Shown one piece after another: positions 1 to 9,143 of a stretch of DNA of 64,000 bases; within the stretch, counting starts at the first letter, position 1; each line of letters opens with the position of its first letter. The stretch spans positions 142,518 to 206,517 of the forward strand of contig CAVURA010000018.1 in the NCBI GenBank assembly GCA_963743775.1, given 5' to 3'. The DNA comes from an uncultured Bacteroidales bacterium. GTDB taxonomy: Bacteria; Bacteroidota; Bacteroidia; Bacteroidales; VadinHA17. The notes under the pieces are model-generated. The model did not search any database. It saw nothing but the letters and a program-made list of their open reading frames with translations, and was not told the origin of the DNA. The position numbers and the translations under genes are program-made.

Positions 1-8
1 CAACCCTC

Positions 9-1025
9 ATGATTGAGAAATTATTCAATGATGTGAGAACCATCATTGAGAGAGCCAGGGAGACTGCATTCAGGGCTGTAAACTTCACTATGGTTAAAGC
101 TTATTGGGAAGTAGGAAGGGTTATCGTTGAAGAAGAACAAAAAGGCAGCGCCAGGGCAGAATATGGAGCATACTTAGTGGAAAGTATATCAGACAAGTTG
201 TCAGCAGAATATGGGAAGGGGTTTGATAAAACTAACTTATGGAACATGATCAAGTTTTATCGTTCTTTCCCAATACTCGACGCACTGCGTCAAGAGTTAT
301 CCTGGACACATTACCGGATATTGTTGCGTATAGAAAAAGAACCCGCAAGGGAATTCTATATGCATGAATGTGTGGAAGGCAATTGGAGTACACGTCAATT
401 GGAGAGGCAGGTAAACAGCTTGTATTTTGAGCGTATATTGATGAGCAGCAAGAAAGGGCGACCCCTGGTAAAAAAAGAGGCTGATGGCAAAAAGGAAGTA
501 ATGCAGCCCGGACAAATAATAAAGGATCCCTATGTACTCGAGTTCCTGGATCTGAATCCCAATACAAATTTTTACGAGAAGGAAATAGAACAAGCCCTTA
601 TCGATAAGCTTCAGGGGTTCCTGCTGGAACTTGGAAAAGGCTTTTCATTCGTTGGCAGGCAATACAGAATATCAGCTGATACAAAACATTTTTATGTTGA
701 TCTGGTGTTTTACAATTATATCCTTAAGTGCTTTTTACTTATTGATCTGAAAACCGGGGAGCTGACGCATCAGGATATTGGACAGATGGATTTTTATGTC
801 AGGTACTTTGAGGATCAGGTAAGACAGAAATCTGACAATCCCACCATTGGGTTGATACTCTGTGCGGAAAAGGATAAGACGATAGCAAAATACAGTCTGT
901 TAAACGAAAGCAAACAGATCTTCGCTTCAAAATACAAGCTTTACATGCCAACCGTTAAGGAACTGCAACAGGAAATAACCAGGGAACGGCAAATAATAGA
1001 ACAGGAAAAAGGCCTGAAAGAATAA
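9..1025 (+). CDS. PDDEXK-family nuclease, YhcG/DUF1016-like
   Basis: 338-aa ORF with an ATG start. The N-terminal helical region (WTHYRILL, EFY..EC..GNWSTRQLERQ) and the C-terminal restriction-endonuclease-like core (FYVDLVFYN, LLIDLKTGELTHQDIGQM) fit the DUF1016 pattern. Confidence 0.75.
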   Translation: MIEKLFNDVRTIIERARETAFRAVNFTMVKAYWEVGRVIVEEEQKGSARAEYGAYLVESISDKLSAEYGKGFDKTNLWNMIKFYRSFPILDALRQELSWTHYRILLRIEKEPAREFYMHECVEGNWSTRQLERQVNSLYFERILMSSKKGRPLVKKEADGKKEVMQPGQIIKDPYVLEFLDLNPNTNFYEKEIEQALIDKLQGFLLELGKGFSFVGRQYRISADTKHFYVDLVFYNYILKCFLLIDLKTGELTHQDIGQMDFYVRYFEDQVRQKSDNPTIGLILCAEKDKTIAKYSLLNESKQIFASKYKLYMPTVKELQQEITRERQIIEQEKGLKE

Positions 1026-1117
1026 TCCCAGCAAGTTCGTTTAAAACTGCAACCACGGATTGCAGAAATGACTTAAACCTTTGGCTTTGCCAAGGTAGCT
1101 TCCACCATTACACTTGC

Positions 1118-1753
1118 TCAAATGATCTTTTGTTCACCCTTAGGGTACTCCGTAAAAACAATCACTCCGCCATTGTCAAATTTTAGCGTAAAACTATCAC
1201 CTCCAGCTTCGTTCAGGGTGCCTCGCCACCAGCTTGTGAGCTTAAGGTTTTGGAGTGGGTAGCGCAGCCCGGTTGACGTGACAGCTAGGCCGGGATCAAG
1301 GCTGAAGAGCGACACCTGCTGACCCGGAAATGAATCAATTGTAATGGTGCGGTCAAAAACCTGAAAAGAACCTGTATCGGTGAACATTTTAGCTTTAATA
1401 TCCCTGTTGTAGTCGGCCAGAAGGGCGATATTTCCAAGAGTATGGTCTTCGCGTATGCCTGTGGCGCCAAGTATGGCAACTTCCTTAATCCCCTGAGAGA
1501 CGCACCACTTAACGGCCTTGGTCAGGTCATTGGTCTCCTGATCAGCATCAGTCACCAGTATGCTCTTATATTTTCTTTTCAGCTCCGGGGAGACTGAGTC
1601 AAGATCCCCAATGATGATACCCGGCTCAATGCCGTGAGATACAAGCTTCTCCGCCGCTCCGTCGCAACAGACTGTCAGGTCAGCCTCTTCAAGGTATCTG
1701 ACCGGCACAGCATGTGACGGGTACTGTCCGTTTGCCAGGATTACTGTCTTCAT
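1118..1753 (-). CDS. thiamine pyrophosphokinase (TPK)
   Basis: 211-aa ORF with the catalytic region CCDGAA...IIGDLDS and a C-terminal thiamine-binding beta domain. It is the last gene of the TPP-riboswitch operon. Confidence 0.85.
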   Translation of the reverse strand: MKTVILANGQYPSHAVPVRYLEEADLTVCCDGAAEKLVSHGIEPGIIIGDLDSVSPELKRKYKSILVTDADQETNDLTKAVKWCVSQGIKEVAILGATGIREDHTLGNIALLADYNRDIKAKMFTDTGSFQVFDRTITIDSFPGQQVSLFSLDPGLAVTSTGLRYPLQNLKLTSWWRGTLNEAGGDSFTLKFDNGGVIVFTEYPKGEQKII

Positions 1754-1776
1754 ATTTTTGGTCTGATGTCAAAAGA

Positions 1777-1816
1777 ATTTGCGATTTGCGATTTGCGATT
1801 TGCGATTTGCGATTTA
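1777..1816. repeat. heptanucleotide microsatellite (ATTTGCG) x5 plus a partial unit
   Basis: Read directly: atttgcg repeated at 1777, 1784, 1791, 1798 and 1805, then attta. The last partial unit supplies the TAA stop of the pnuC-family gene on the minus strand. The array ends 24 nt upstream of the TPK start. Confidence 0.95.
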
Positions 1817-2644
1817 GCTGATCCTCAAATTCTTAATTCTTAATTGCTCCATGCCCCTTGCCCCTTGCTGCCGGCCCCATGCTCTCAGCCCGATCACCGC
1901 CATTGCCGTATAAACTGCAAACAGCACTGCGGTCGGATACATTTCCATCACAAGATATACAATTACAGCGATGGAGTTGGCCAGGATCCACACATACCAT
2001 TGTTCAATGATCTTTTTCGTCAGCATCCATGTGGCCACCACAGAAAGGGATGTGATCAGTCCGTCCCACAGCGGCACCGGAGAGTCCGTCCACCTGTCCA
2101 GTGAAAACCACAGTAATGCCCATAATCCCAGGGAGATTACAAGGCAAATTAAAGCTGTTTTACTATCGATCCTCCTGACATCACCTGTGGCGTTTGATTC
2201 TGCATCCTGTTTTCTGTGGCCTGTACCCTCTGCCAAGTGCTCTGAGCCCCCATCCCTGACTCTTCGCGGGATTTCCTCTTCGCTATCCGGCGAATTGTCA
2301 ACTTGCTCCTTGCCCCTTGCTCCTTGCTCTCCCGCTTCGCGGGACTGCCTCACTTCGTTCGCCAGCATGCCCCGTGCCCTCCCGCTTCGCGGGATTTTCT
2401 CTCTTCGTTCGTCAACATGCCATTTGTACCAACCGTAAATGCTGATTACAATATAGTATCCCTGCAGAACCATACCTGCATAGAAACCGTTTCTGCCAAA
2501 AACATATATATAAACGGCTGAGGTAAGAATACCCAGCGGCCACAGAAGTATGTTGCGTCTGATCTCGAGAATGACATAAGCTATTCCGGTTACAGCTCCA
2601 AAGACCTCAACAATATTTTCAGACAGCCATGTGATCATAGTCAT
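1814..2644 (-). CDS. pnuT: PnuC-family transporter (thiamine-type PnuT by context) with an in-frame hydrophilic insertion of about 80 aa
   Basis: 276-aa ORF with PnuC-like TM segments (FGAVTGIAYVILEI, YGWYKW, WDGLITSLSVVATWMLTKK, EQWYVWILANSIAVIVY). It sits between a TonB receptor and TPK, downstream of a TPP riboswitch. Residues about 76-157 are charged and low in complexity. Confidence 0.8.
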   Translation of the reverse strand: MTMITWLSENIVEVFGAVTGIAYVILEIRRNILLWPLGILTSAVYIYVFGRNGFYAGMVLQGYYIVISIYGWYKWHVDERREKIPRSGRARGMLANEVRQSREAGEQGARGKEQVDNSPDSEEEIPRRVRDGGSEHLAEGTGHRKQDAESNATGDVRRIDSKTALICLVISLGLWALLWFSLDRWTDSPVPLWDGLITSLSVVATWMLTKKIIEQWYVWILANSIAVIVYLVMEMYPTAVLFAVYTAMAVIGLRAWGRQQGARGMEQLRIKNLRIS

Positions 2645-5074
2645 CAGAAGGATAATGTGATACCAGCAGTGTAATTTATGCCTGCCTGCGGAAAATAGTA
2701 GGCCCAGGTCTTTTCAGCACCGTCTTCTGTCCACATCCCGCCGTAAGCATTGTTTTCATAGACGGCGTTGAACAGGTTGTTTATAATAAACCTGAGCATA
2801 AGCTCATCAAATCCTTTTAAATGAATTTTATAGCCTGCAGAAATGCTGCTGATAAAATACGGGTTGATAATCCTGTTTTCACTCATCGTATTGTCAAAGT
2901 ACTGTTTGCCAACATACTTTCCTGTCAGATTCAGTGAAAGGTTTTTCACAGGATTGACCTCGACCTCCGCAGACCCGGTTATGCGGGGTGAATAGGCTAT
3001 ATCCACTGTACCGAGGCTGGCTCGATGTATATTCTTCGCTCCAGTCGGATGTATCATAGTTGAAATAGAAATTCGTGAAGTTGGTGATCCTGCTCCGGCT
3101 GAGTGTGAGGTTCATCCTGAACGCAGCCAGAGGCGATGGCCTGTAGCTTCCCGAAAATTCAACACCTGTCCGGTAACTTTCCGGCACGTTTGTCATTATG
3201 GGGTACCCGGTGTTGCTTATCTTTCCGGTGGGGACAAGCTGATCGCGGTACAGCATATAGTAGAGATTGAGGCCCACTGAAAATGAAGCATTTCTGAAGG
3301 TGTAACCGCCCTCAAAATCCGTCAACCGTTCCTGTCCGGGTGTGGCCTCAGGGTCACCTGCAGCTTCCTTGAAGTCAGACCGTGTGGGTTCACGGTGAGC
3401 CACGGATACCGAAACAAAAGCATCGCTCCCTGCGCCGTTACTCCAGAACAGACCTGTCTTGGGATTGAAGAACCGGTACATATATTCCGCCGTGAGATCT
3501 TTCATGTCGCTGTCGGGTCCGTCAAAATGATATCTGATGTACCTGTACTGAAGGTCAAGAAAAGCGTTCAGGCTTCCGTTGACCCTGGCGTTAACCTTCC
3601 CGTAGATGCTGAACTCATCCTTCGTGCCGTTGTTCCTGTACCATTCATAATCAGGAGTGATATTTCCCGGGTGCTCCATCCAGATTAACCTTCCAAAATG
3701 ATCGCCGTCGTACCTGTTCAGTGCACCTCCAAAGGTCCACTCAGTCACGTTGCCCGCCTTTACAAGTGACCATACCGCACCGTAAAAATAGTTTTCAAGC
3801 CACTTACGTTGCACCAGATCAGTCTCAATCACCTCCATTCCGTCGTCAGTCAATCCGTACAGTCCGTATTCAGATGGATCGCAGTCGCTCTCCTGTTCTT
3901 CATAGTAGCCTGATCCGGCCGTCAGGTGCAGGCCGGTATTCAGGCTGACCTGTCCGGAGAAGAGATGGGTGTAGAAAAGGTTGTAGTGGTTCTGGGTGTA
4001 ATTGTCAGTCTCATTTTCATAATAGCGCAAGACGCCGTTAGCGTCAGTGTACTCACCTGCAGGATTATAACGCCTGTTCTCCGGCAGTACTTCTGCCGGC
4101 ACACCCCACCAGCTTATCCCTGTTTTTTCACTGCCGGTCAGGAAATTAAATCTCAGCCTGTTTGCAGGAGCGGACCAGATGCCTGTCACCATTGCCGATC
4201 GAATATCGGATGCGCTGTGATCAACATAGCCGTCACTGCCTATGAGAGATGCCCTGACCATCATATTGAACCTGTCGCCCAGGTTACCTGTCCATGCTTT
4301 TGCCGAGGCCCTGACGGTGTTAAAGGAACCGAAAGAAAGTGCAGCTTCTCCTCCCGGGTCATCCGGTGGTATCATTGAGCTTATATTCACTGATGCCCCG
4401 AAGGCGCCGGCACCGTTGGTCGATGTACCCACCCCGCGCTGTATCTGAATACTGCCTGTCGATGAAGCCAGGTCAGGCAGGTCGACCCAGAAAACCTGCT
4501 GTGATTCGGCATCATTGAGAGGTATCCCGTCGAGTGTGATGTTTATTCTGCTGGCATCACTGCCACGTATACGCAGCGAGGTATATCCGACACCGTTTCC
4601 CGCATCAGATGTCTCCACCACTGACGGGGTAAGAGCGAGAAGATACGGCATATCCCTCGTCAGATCGCGGGATCGCATCTCTGCAGCCAGAACGGTGCTG
4701 TGAGCCATTGGCGTTCGGCTGCCGGCACGGCTTCCTCTTACGATCACTTCGTCGGTCACAAAAAGGGCTTCCTTCAACGAAGCATCAACGACTGTATTCC
4801 TACTCACAACGACTACCGTATCAAAGGGCTCGAAGCCTGTGAAACTGATCCGGAGAGCGTACCTGCCATAATTCAAACCCCGAAGGGCATACTGCCCGTC
4901 ATTGCCCGTTGCCACACCGGCATTAAGGCTGTCAACGACTACTGATGCACCTGCAAGAGGCGCACCCTCGCTGTCAGTGACCGTGCCGCTGATGACGCCA
5001 CGGTTATTCTGTCCCTTAGATGCAGAGCAGACAAGCAAAATTGCAGTTAGAAATATTGAAAATTTCCTCACCAT
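2644..5074 (-). pseudogene. TonB-dependent outer-membrane receptor (thiamine-regulon type), split by a frameshift near 3000-3057
   Basis: The 726-aa ORF (2894..5074) has a signal peptide, a carboxypeptidase-regulatory-like N-terminus (GVISGTVTDSEGAPLAGASV), a plug and most of the barrel. The 137-aa ORF (2644..3057), in another frame, carries the last beta-strands and the terminal ...GITLSF. The two ORFs overlap, and only a frame switch gives a complete barrel. Confidence 0.8.
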
Positions 5075-5135
5075 AATAACTTAAATATAACTGACTTACT
5101 GTCAGAAGCGAGGGTGTGTCAACTGGCCGGAAATG

Positions 5136-5219
5136 ATTACTCTCGTTCCCTACGCCGGCATTATCCGGATCAGGTTGTAAGGGTATGATCTCAGCCTGTA
5201 TAATAAGGCACCCCGTAAT
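5136..5219 (-). promoter_or_regulatory. TPP (THI-box) riboswitch aptamer
   Basis: The minus strand reads attacGGGGTGCcttattatacaggCTGAGAtcatACCCttacaACCTGATCCGGATAATGCCGGCGTAGGGAAcgagaGTAAT. This matches the conserved GGGGUGC / CUGAGA / ACCUGAUCYGGAUAAUGCCRGCGUAGGGAA core, with P1 formed by attac/gtaat. It lies in the 5' UTR of the TonB receptor. Confidence 0.9.
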
Positions 5220-5228
5220 TCGACAGGA

Positions 5229-5236
5229 CAAATATA
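5229..5236 (-). promoter_or_regulatory. Bacteroidota -7 promoter box (TATATTTG) for the riboswitch operon
   Basis: The minus strand reads TATATTTG, which matches TAnnTTTG, about 10 nt upstream of the aptamer 5' end. Confidence 0.5.
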
Positions 5237-5294
5237 CTACAGATACGAATAAGTCAGTAAAAAGTTCATGTCAATCTTCCTGACCACTTATTAG

Positions 5295-5302
5295 TATATT
5301 TG
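5295..5302 (+). promoter_or_regulatory. Bacteroidota -7 promoter box (TATATTTG)
   Basis: TAnnTTTG match 17 nt upstream of the ATG at 5319. This argues against the GTG at 5304 as the start codon. Confidence 0.45.
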
Positions 5303-5318
5303 TGTGGAATGCAGATTC

Positions 5319-5744
5319 ATGAATATGGAGGAAATCCTAAAAAAACTCAAGTATAGTGATCAGGACCACATAGCTGTACTGAACGCACCGAAAGATTTTA
5401 TCAGGAAGCTGGACAAGACCTTACCCGGAGTCCAGATAGACACTGAGATCAATGCCCGTTTCCTGTATGACTTCATGATTATATTCACCCCGGATTCGAA
5501 TGAGGTAAAAAGGTTTGGGCCGAAAGGCATTCACAACCTTGCTGATGACGGCAAGCTCTGGATGGTTTATCCCAAGGGAACATCGCGGAAATATTCCAGC
5601 GACATTAATCGTGACCACGGGTGGGAAGCTGTTTTAGAGACCGGTATGAGGCCAGTCAGCCAGGTGTCTGTTGACGATGACTGGTCAGCGCTCCGTTTCA
5701 GGAACGCCAGGTATATAAGATCAGCAAATGGTAGTCACAGATGA
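5319..5744 (+). CDS. hypothetical protein, DUF3052-like
   Basis: ORF trimmed to the first ATG (MNMEEIL...). The pattern AVLNAP...LWMVYPKGTSRKYSSDINRD.GW....G...V.QVSVDDDWSALRF resembles DUF3052. Its stop overlaps the next gene's start (ATGA). Confidence 0.55.
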   Translation: MNMEEILKKLKYSDQDHIAVLNAPKDFIRKLDKTLPGVQIDTEINARFLYDFMIIFTPDSNEVKRFGPKGIHNLADDGKLWMVYPKGTSRKYSSDINRDHGWEAVLETGMRPVSQVSVDDDWSALRFRNARYIRSANGSHR

Positions 5745-7225
5745 GAAGACTGATAATAATATCATTCTTTTTTCTTTTGCTCAACTCTTGTGCAGATAAT
5801 GATTACGACAAGTTTTATACAGGGGAGGTGGAATTTCCTGCCAATCCGCCCCACGGTGTCAAGGAGGCCATGGCCGCACGTGTCATACCCCACCCGCGTC
5901 AGCTTGCCTGGCAGCAGCTTGAGATGACAGCGTTCATCCACTTCAGCATAAACACCTTCACGGACAGGGAATGGGGCAACGGTGATGAACCTCCGGAGCT
6001 GTTCAATCCTGTCTCTCTTGACGCGGAACAGTGGGTCAGGGTACTCAGTGACGCAGGGATGAAGATGGTCATTATCACGGCGAAACATCACGACGGCTTT
6101 TGTCTCTGGCCAACAAAAACGACCAGCCACTCGGTAGCCTCAAGTCCATGGAAGGAAGGCAAGGGCGATGTGATACGGGAGCTCAGGGATGCATGCGAAA
6201 AGTACAATATGAAATTCGGGATTTACCTCTCTCCGTGGGACCGCAATGCGGAGTGTTACGGTGATTCGCCGGCGTACAATAAATTCTACCTGGAGCAGCT
6301 GACCGAGCTGCTTACCTGGTACGGCAAGGTTGATGAGGTATGGTTTGACGGTGCCCAGGGGGTGGATCGCCGAGGCAGGAGGCAGGTGTATGACTGGCAG
6401 TCCTACTATGATCTCATCAGGAAACTGCAACCCGACGCCGTTACTGCAATTATGGGCGAAGATGTGAGATGGGTAGGAACGGAGACAGGTTACGGTCGGG
6501 AGACTGAGTGGAGCGTGACGGCGCTGGCCCCAGGCGGCACACCGGAGAGCCGGGCAATAAATGAAGCGCTGGGCCTGAACCCTGCTTCGCTGGACCTCGG
6601 CAACAGCGCTCTTCTTCAGAAAGCCGGAAAGGTCTTCTGGTACCCTGCTGAGGTCGATGTTTCAATTCGCCCGGGATGGTTCTGGCATTCAGCAGAAGAC
6701 AGCCTCGTGAAAGACCCTGACAAGCTGCTCGATATCTATTTCAGCTCCGTGGGCCGTAACGCCGTACTGCTTCTGAATGTCCCGCCCGACAACCGCGGAC
6801 TTATAACAGATAATGATATTAACAGCCTGATGGGGCTCAAAGCCCGTATAGATGATCTCTATGACACTGATCTCCTTAACGGTGCCCGCCCATACGGAAA
6901 AGGAGCAGCAAGGGCCATAGACGGTGACAGTACCACGTCATGGACCCCCAATCACCAGAGGGTTGCGTCCTTCATTCCCGCGATAGCAGTTAATTTCAAC
7001 GTGGCAATGTTGCAGGAAGATATCAGCAAGGGACAGAGGGTGGAGAAGTTTGTTATTGAAGCACGGCTGGACCAGCAGTGGGATACAGTGGCTGCGGGTT
7101 CTACCATTGGTTACAAGCGACTGCTTCGTTTTCCCGATTTTAAGGCCGACGAGATAAGGCTCACAATAATTTCCTCACGGGCAAGACCTAATATCAGCAC
7201 CTTCGCTCTTTACCATATAGAGTGA
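5741..7225 (+). CDS. alpha-L-fucosidase (GH29) with a C-terminal F5/8-type-C-like domain
   Basis: 494-aa ORF with a lipoprotein-type signal (LLLNSC). It has the GH29 motifs QLAWQQLEMTAFIHFSINTF and ITAKHHDGFCLWPT, and a C-terminal discoidin-like region (AIDGDSTTSW). Confidence 0.85.
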   Translation: MRRLIIISFFFLLLNSCADNDYDKFYTGEVEFPANPPHGVKEAMAARVIPHPRQLAWQQLEMTAFIHFSINTFTDREWGNGDEPPELFNPVSLDAEQWVRVLSDAGMKMVIITAKHHDGFCLWPTKTTSHSVASSPWKEGKGDVIRELRDACEKYNMKFGIYLSPWDRNAECYGDSPAYNKFYLEQLTELLTWYGKVDEVWFDGAQGVDRRGRRQVYDWQSYYDLIRKLQPDAVTAIMGEDVRWVGTETGYGRETEWSVTALAPGGTPESRAINEALGLNPASLDLGNSALLQKAGKVFWYPAEVDVSIRPGWFWHSAEDSLVKDPDKLLDIYFSSVGRNAVLLLNVPPDNRGLITDNDINSLMGLKARIDDLYDTDLLNGARPYGKGAARAIDGDSTTSWTPNHQRVASFIPAIAVNFNVAMLQEDISKGQRVEKFVIEARLDQQWDTVAAGSTIGYKRLLRFPDFKADEIRLTIISSRARPNISTFALYHIE

Positions 7226-7271
7226 AACTATACCGCTGAACTACTGATATTTCCAGAATTATTTGAAGCCC

Positions 7272-7853
7272 TTACCTCTTCAGGTGGCTCATCATCCACC
7301 AGCGCTGACGCTCTTCTTCTGATTTGTGGAAGATCTTCTTGTTGACATATTTTATGGCTTCCACGGTGTACAGTGCACGGGGATTGTAGAGATTGATAAG
7401 ATCAAGCACTTCCTTAATCATACTTCTGCGTGCAATGATATAGATGACAGCGACTTCTCCCTCTATTCCCTGCGCTTTGACGTTTGTGAAACCATAGCCT
7501 CTGTCGCTGAGTTCGGCGATCAGGTTGGTTGCATCCTTTCGGGTGATAACCCTTATCATCTCATGGCCTATTGCGAGCCTTTCCTCAAGCAGCATCCCGA
7601 CAAAATTGCCCGTCGCAAACCCGGCAGCATATGCAACATAGCAAACCCAGTTATCAAGGTCCTGCATTATACGGCTTATTGCCAGCAGCCAGATAAGAAC
7701 CTCAAAGAATCCGAAAAACGGGGCAACTCTCTTCATGCCCTTGGTGACAAAAATGATCCTCAGCGTGCCGAGGGAGACATCCATAATGCGGGCCACAAAG
7801 ATGAAGAGTGGCAGCAGAAGGTATGTAACTAATTCTGAATTAATGAATTCCAT
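7272..7853 (-). CDS. UPF0316/DUF2179 family membrane protein
   Basis: Trimmed to the ATG at 7853 (MEFINSELVTYLLLPLFIFVARIMDVSLGTLRIIF...). It has three TM segments plus a C-terminal DUF2179-like domain (TRKDATNLIAELSDRGYGFT). Confidence 0.7.
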   Translation of the reverse strand: MEFINSELVTYLLLPLFIFVARIMDVSLGTLRIIFVTKGMKRVAPFFGFFEVLIWLLAISRIMQDLDNWVCYVAYAAGFATGNFVGMLLEERLAIGHEMIRVITRKDATNLIAELSDRGYGFTNVKAQGIEGEVAVIYIIARRSMIKEVLDLINLYNPRALYTVEAIKYVNKKIFHKSEEERQRWWMMSHLKR

Positions 7854-7891
7854 GATAAAGTCAACTTTTTTAGAAGTTCCTAAGTTATGAT

Positions 7892-7899
7892 TATTTTTG
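7892..7899 (+). promoter_or_regulatory. Bacteroidota -7 promoter box (TATTTTTG)
   Basis: TAnnTTTG match 28 nt upstream of the ATG at 7927. It overlaps the TTG at 7897 offered by the ORF track, which favours the 7927 start. Confidence 0.4.
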
Positions 7900-7926
7900 A
7901 GACAGATACTCCCTGAACAACTGCAC

Positions 7927-9099
7927 ATGAGATTTCTCAAGGTATGCCTGTTTTTAGTTACCATTCTCCTGCCCGGGCTGTCGGCCGGTCAGGAGGCTGA
8001 CAGCGGCCCCACTCTTCCGCCGGCCGGTCAGGAGGCTGACAGCGTACTCACGGTCATGTTCACAGGAGACATCATGGGCCACGACGGACAGATCACATCA
8101 GCATATGATGATTCCACCGGGACTTATTCCTACGACAGTGTTTTCAGATATGTCTCACCGCTTTTAAGCGCAGCTGATATTGCCATTGGCAACCTTGAGG
8201 TCACCCTTGGCGGAAAACCATTCAAGGGGTATCCTGCCTTCAGTTCTCCTGATGAGTTGGCACAAGCATGCAGGGATGCGGGGTTTGACATACTTACCAC
8301 GGCGAACAATCACGCTGCAGACCGCGGACCAAAAGGAATAGCCCGTACCATCAGGGTACTTGACAGTCTCAATATCAAGCATACAGGTACGTGGATAAAC
8401 AGCGAAGCAAGAGACACACTCTCTCCCCTGATGATTTCTGCGAAAGGCATCAGTCTGGCATTGCTCAGTTATACTTACGGCACCAACGGAATAGTGGTGC
8501 CTCCTCCTGCCGTCGTATCTTATATGGATACAATCCGTATCTGTAATGATATTAAGGCTTCTGCTGAAAAGGGAGCTGACCTTGTCATAGTGAGCGTTCA
8601 CTGGGGAACAGAATATGACACCCTCCCCTCAGCTGAACAAAAACGGCTGGCTGCCGCCATGTTCAGAAGCGGCGCTGATATCATCATCGGATCGCATCCT
8701 CATGTGATACAGCCTATGACAGCATTGGTTGATTCCACTGAATTGACGGAACCTGTGGTTTGGTCAATGGGCAATTTCGTATCAAACCAGCGTCAGCAGA
8801 GAAGAGACGGAGGAGCCATGATCGGTCTTGAGCTGACGAAAAGAGGTGACCGGGTCTTTATAACTGAGGCAGGATATATCCTTACATGGGTTTATACCCC
8901 GACAGAAAACGGGAAACGCAGGTTCTGCATCCTGCCCTGCTCCGAATATGAGAACCATCCTGAGTTCTTCCAGTCGTCGTCTGACTATAATGCCATGATG
9001 GACTTTGTCACTGGTGCACGCCGGCTTCTCAACAGCTCGAACACCGGCTTCGGTGAAGTCATCAGTGCGCTCGACATGTGGACAAATCAGGTAAAGTAA
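7927..9099 (+). CDS. CapA/PGA_cap family metallophosphatase-like protein
   Basis: Signal peptide MRFLKVCLFLVTILLPGLSAG, followed by FTGDIMGHD, NLEV.L and TTANNHAADRG, which are typical of CapA. Confidence 0.8.
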   Translation: MRFLKVCLFLVTILLPGLSAGQEADSGPTLPPAGQEADSVLTVMFTGDIMGHDGQITSAYDDSTGTYSYDSVFRYVSPLLSAADIAIGNLEVTLGGKPFKGYPAFSSPDELAQACRDAGFDILTTANNHAADRGPKGIARTIRVLDSLNIKHTGTWINSEARDTLSPLMISAKGISLALLSYTYGTNGIVVPPPAVVSYMDTIRICNDIKASAEKGADLVIVSVHWGTEYDTLPSAEQKRLAAAMFRSGADIIIGSHPHVIQPMTALVDSTELTEPVVWSMGNFVSNQRQQRRDGGAMIGLELTKRGDRVFITEAGYILTWVYTPTENGKRRFCILPCSEYENHPEFFQSSSDYNAMMDFVTGARRLLNSSNTGFGEVISALDMWTNQVK

Positions 9100-9117
9100 A
9101 GGATCCCACAGAATTGA

Positions 9118-9125
9118 TATATTTG
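9118..9125 (+). promoter_or_regulatory. Bacteroidota -7 promoter box (TATATTTG)
   Basis: TAnnTTTG match 19 nt upstream of the ATG at 9144. Confidence 0.4.
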
Positions 9126-9143
9126 TAAAAAATCAGGGAAATC

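Noticed and set aside
9-1025. DUF1016/YhcG nuclease as the edge of a defence island
   Set aside because: It is a single gene at the window edge. Its neighbour is a convergent housekeeping thiamine operon. Nothing visible here indicates a partner methylase, ATPase or toxin.
1026-1117. Short hairpins (ctgcaa...ttgcag and ttggc-ttt-gccaa) between the convergent DUF1016 and TPK genes, considered as terminators
   Set aside because: The stems are only 5-6 bp and lack a following T-tract on either strand, which is too weak to call.
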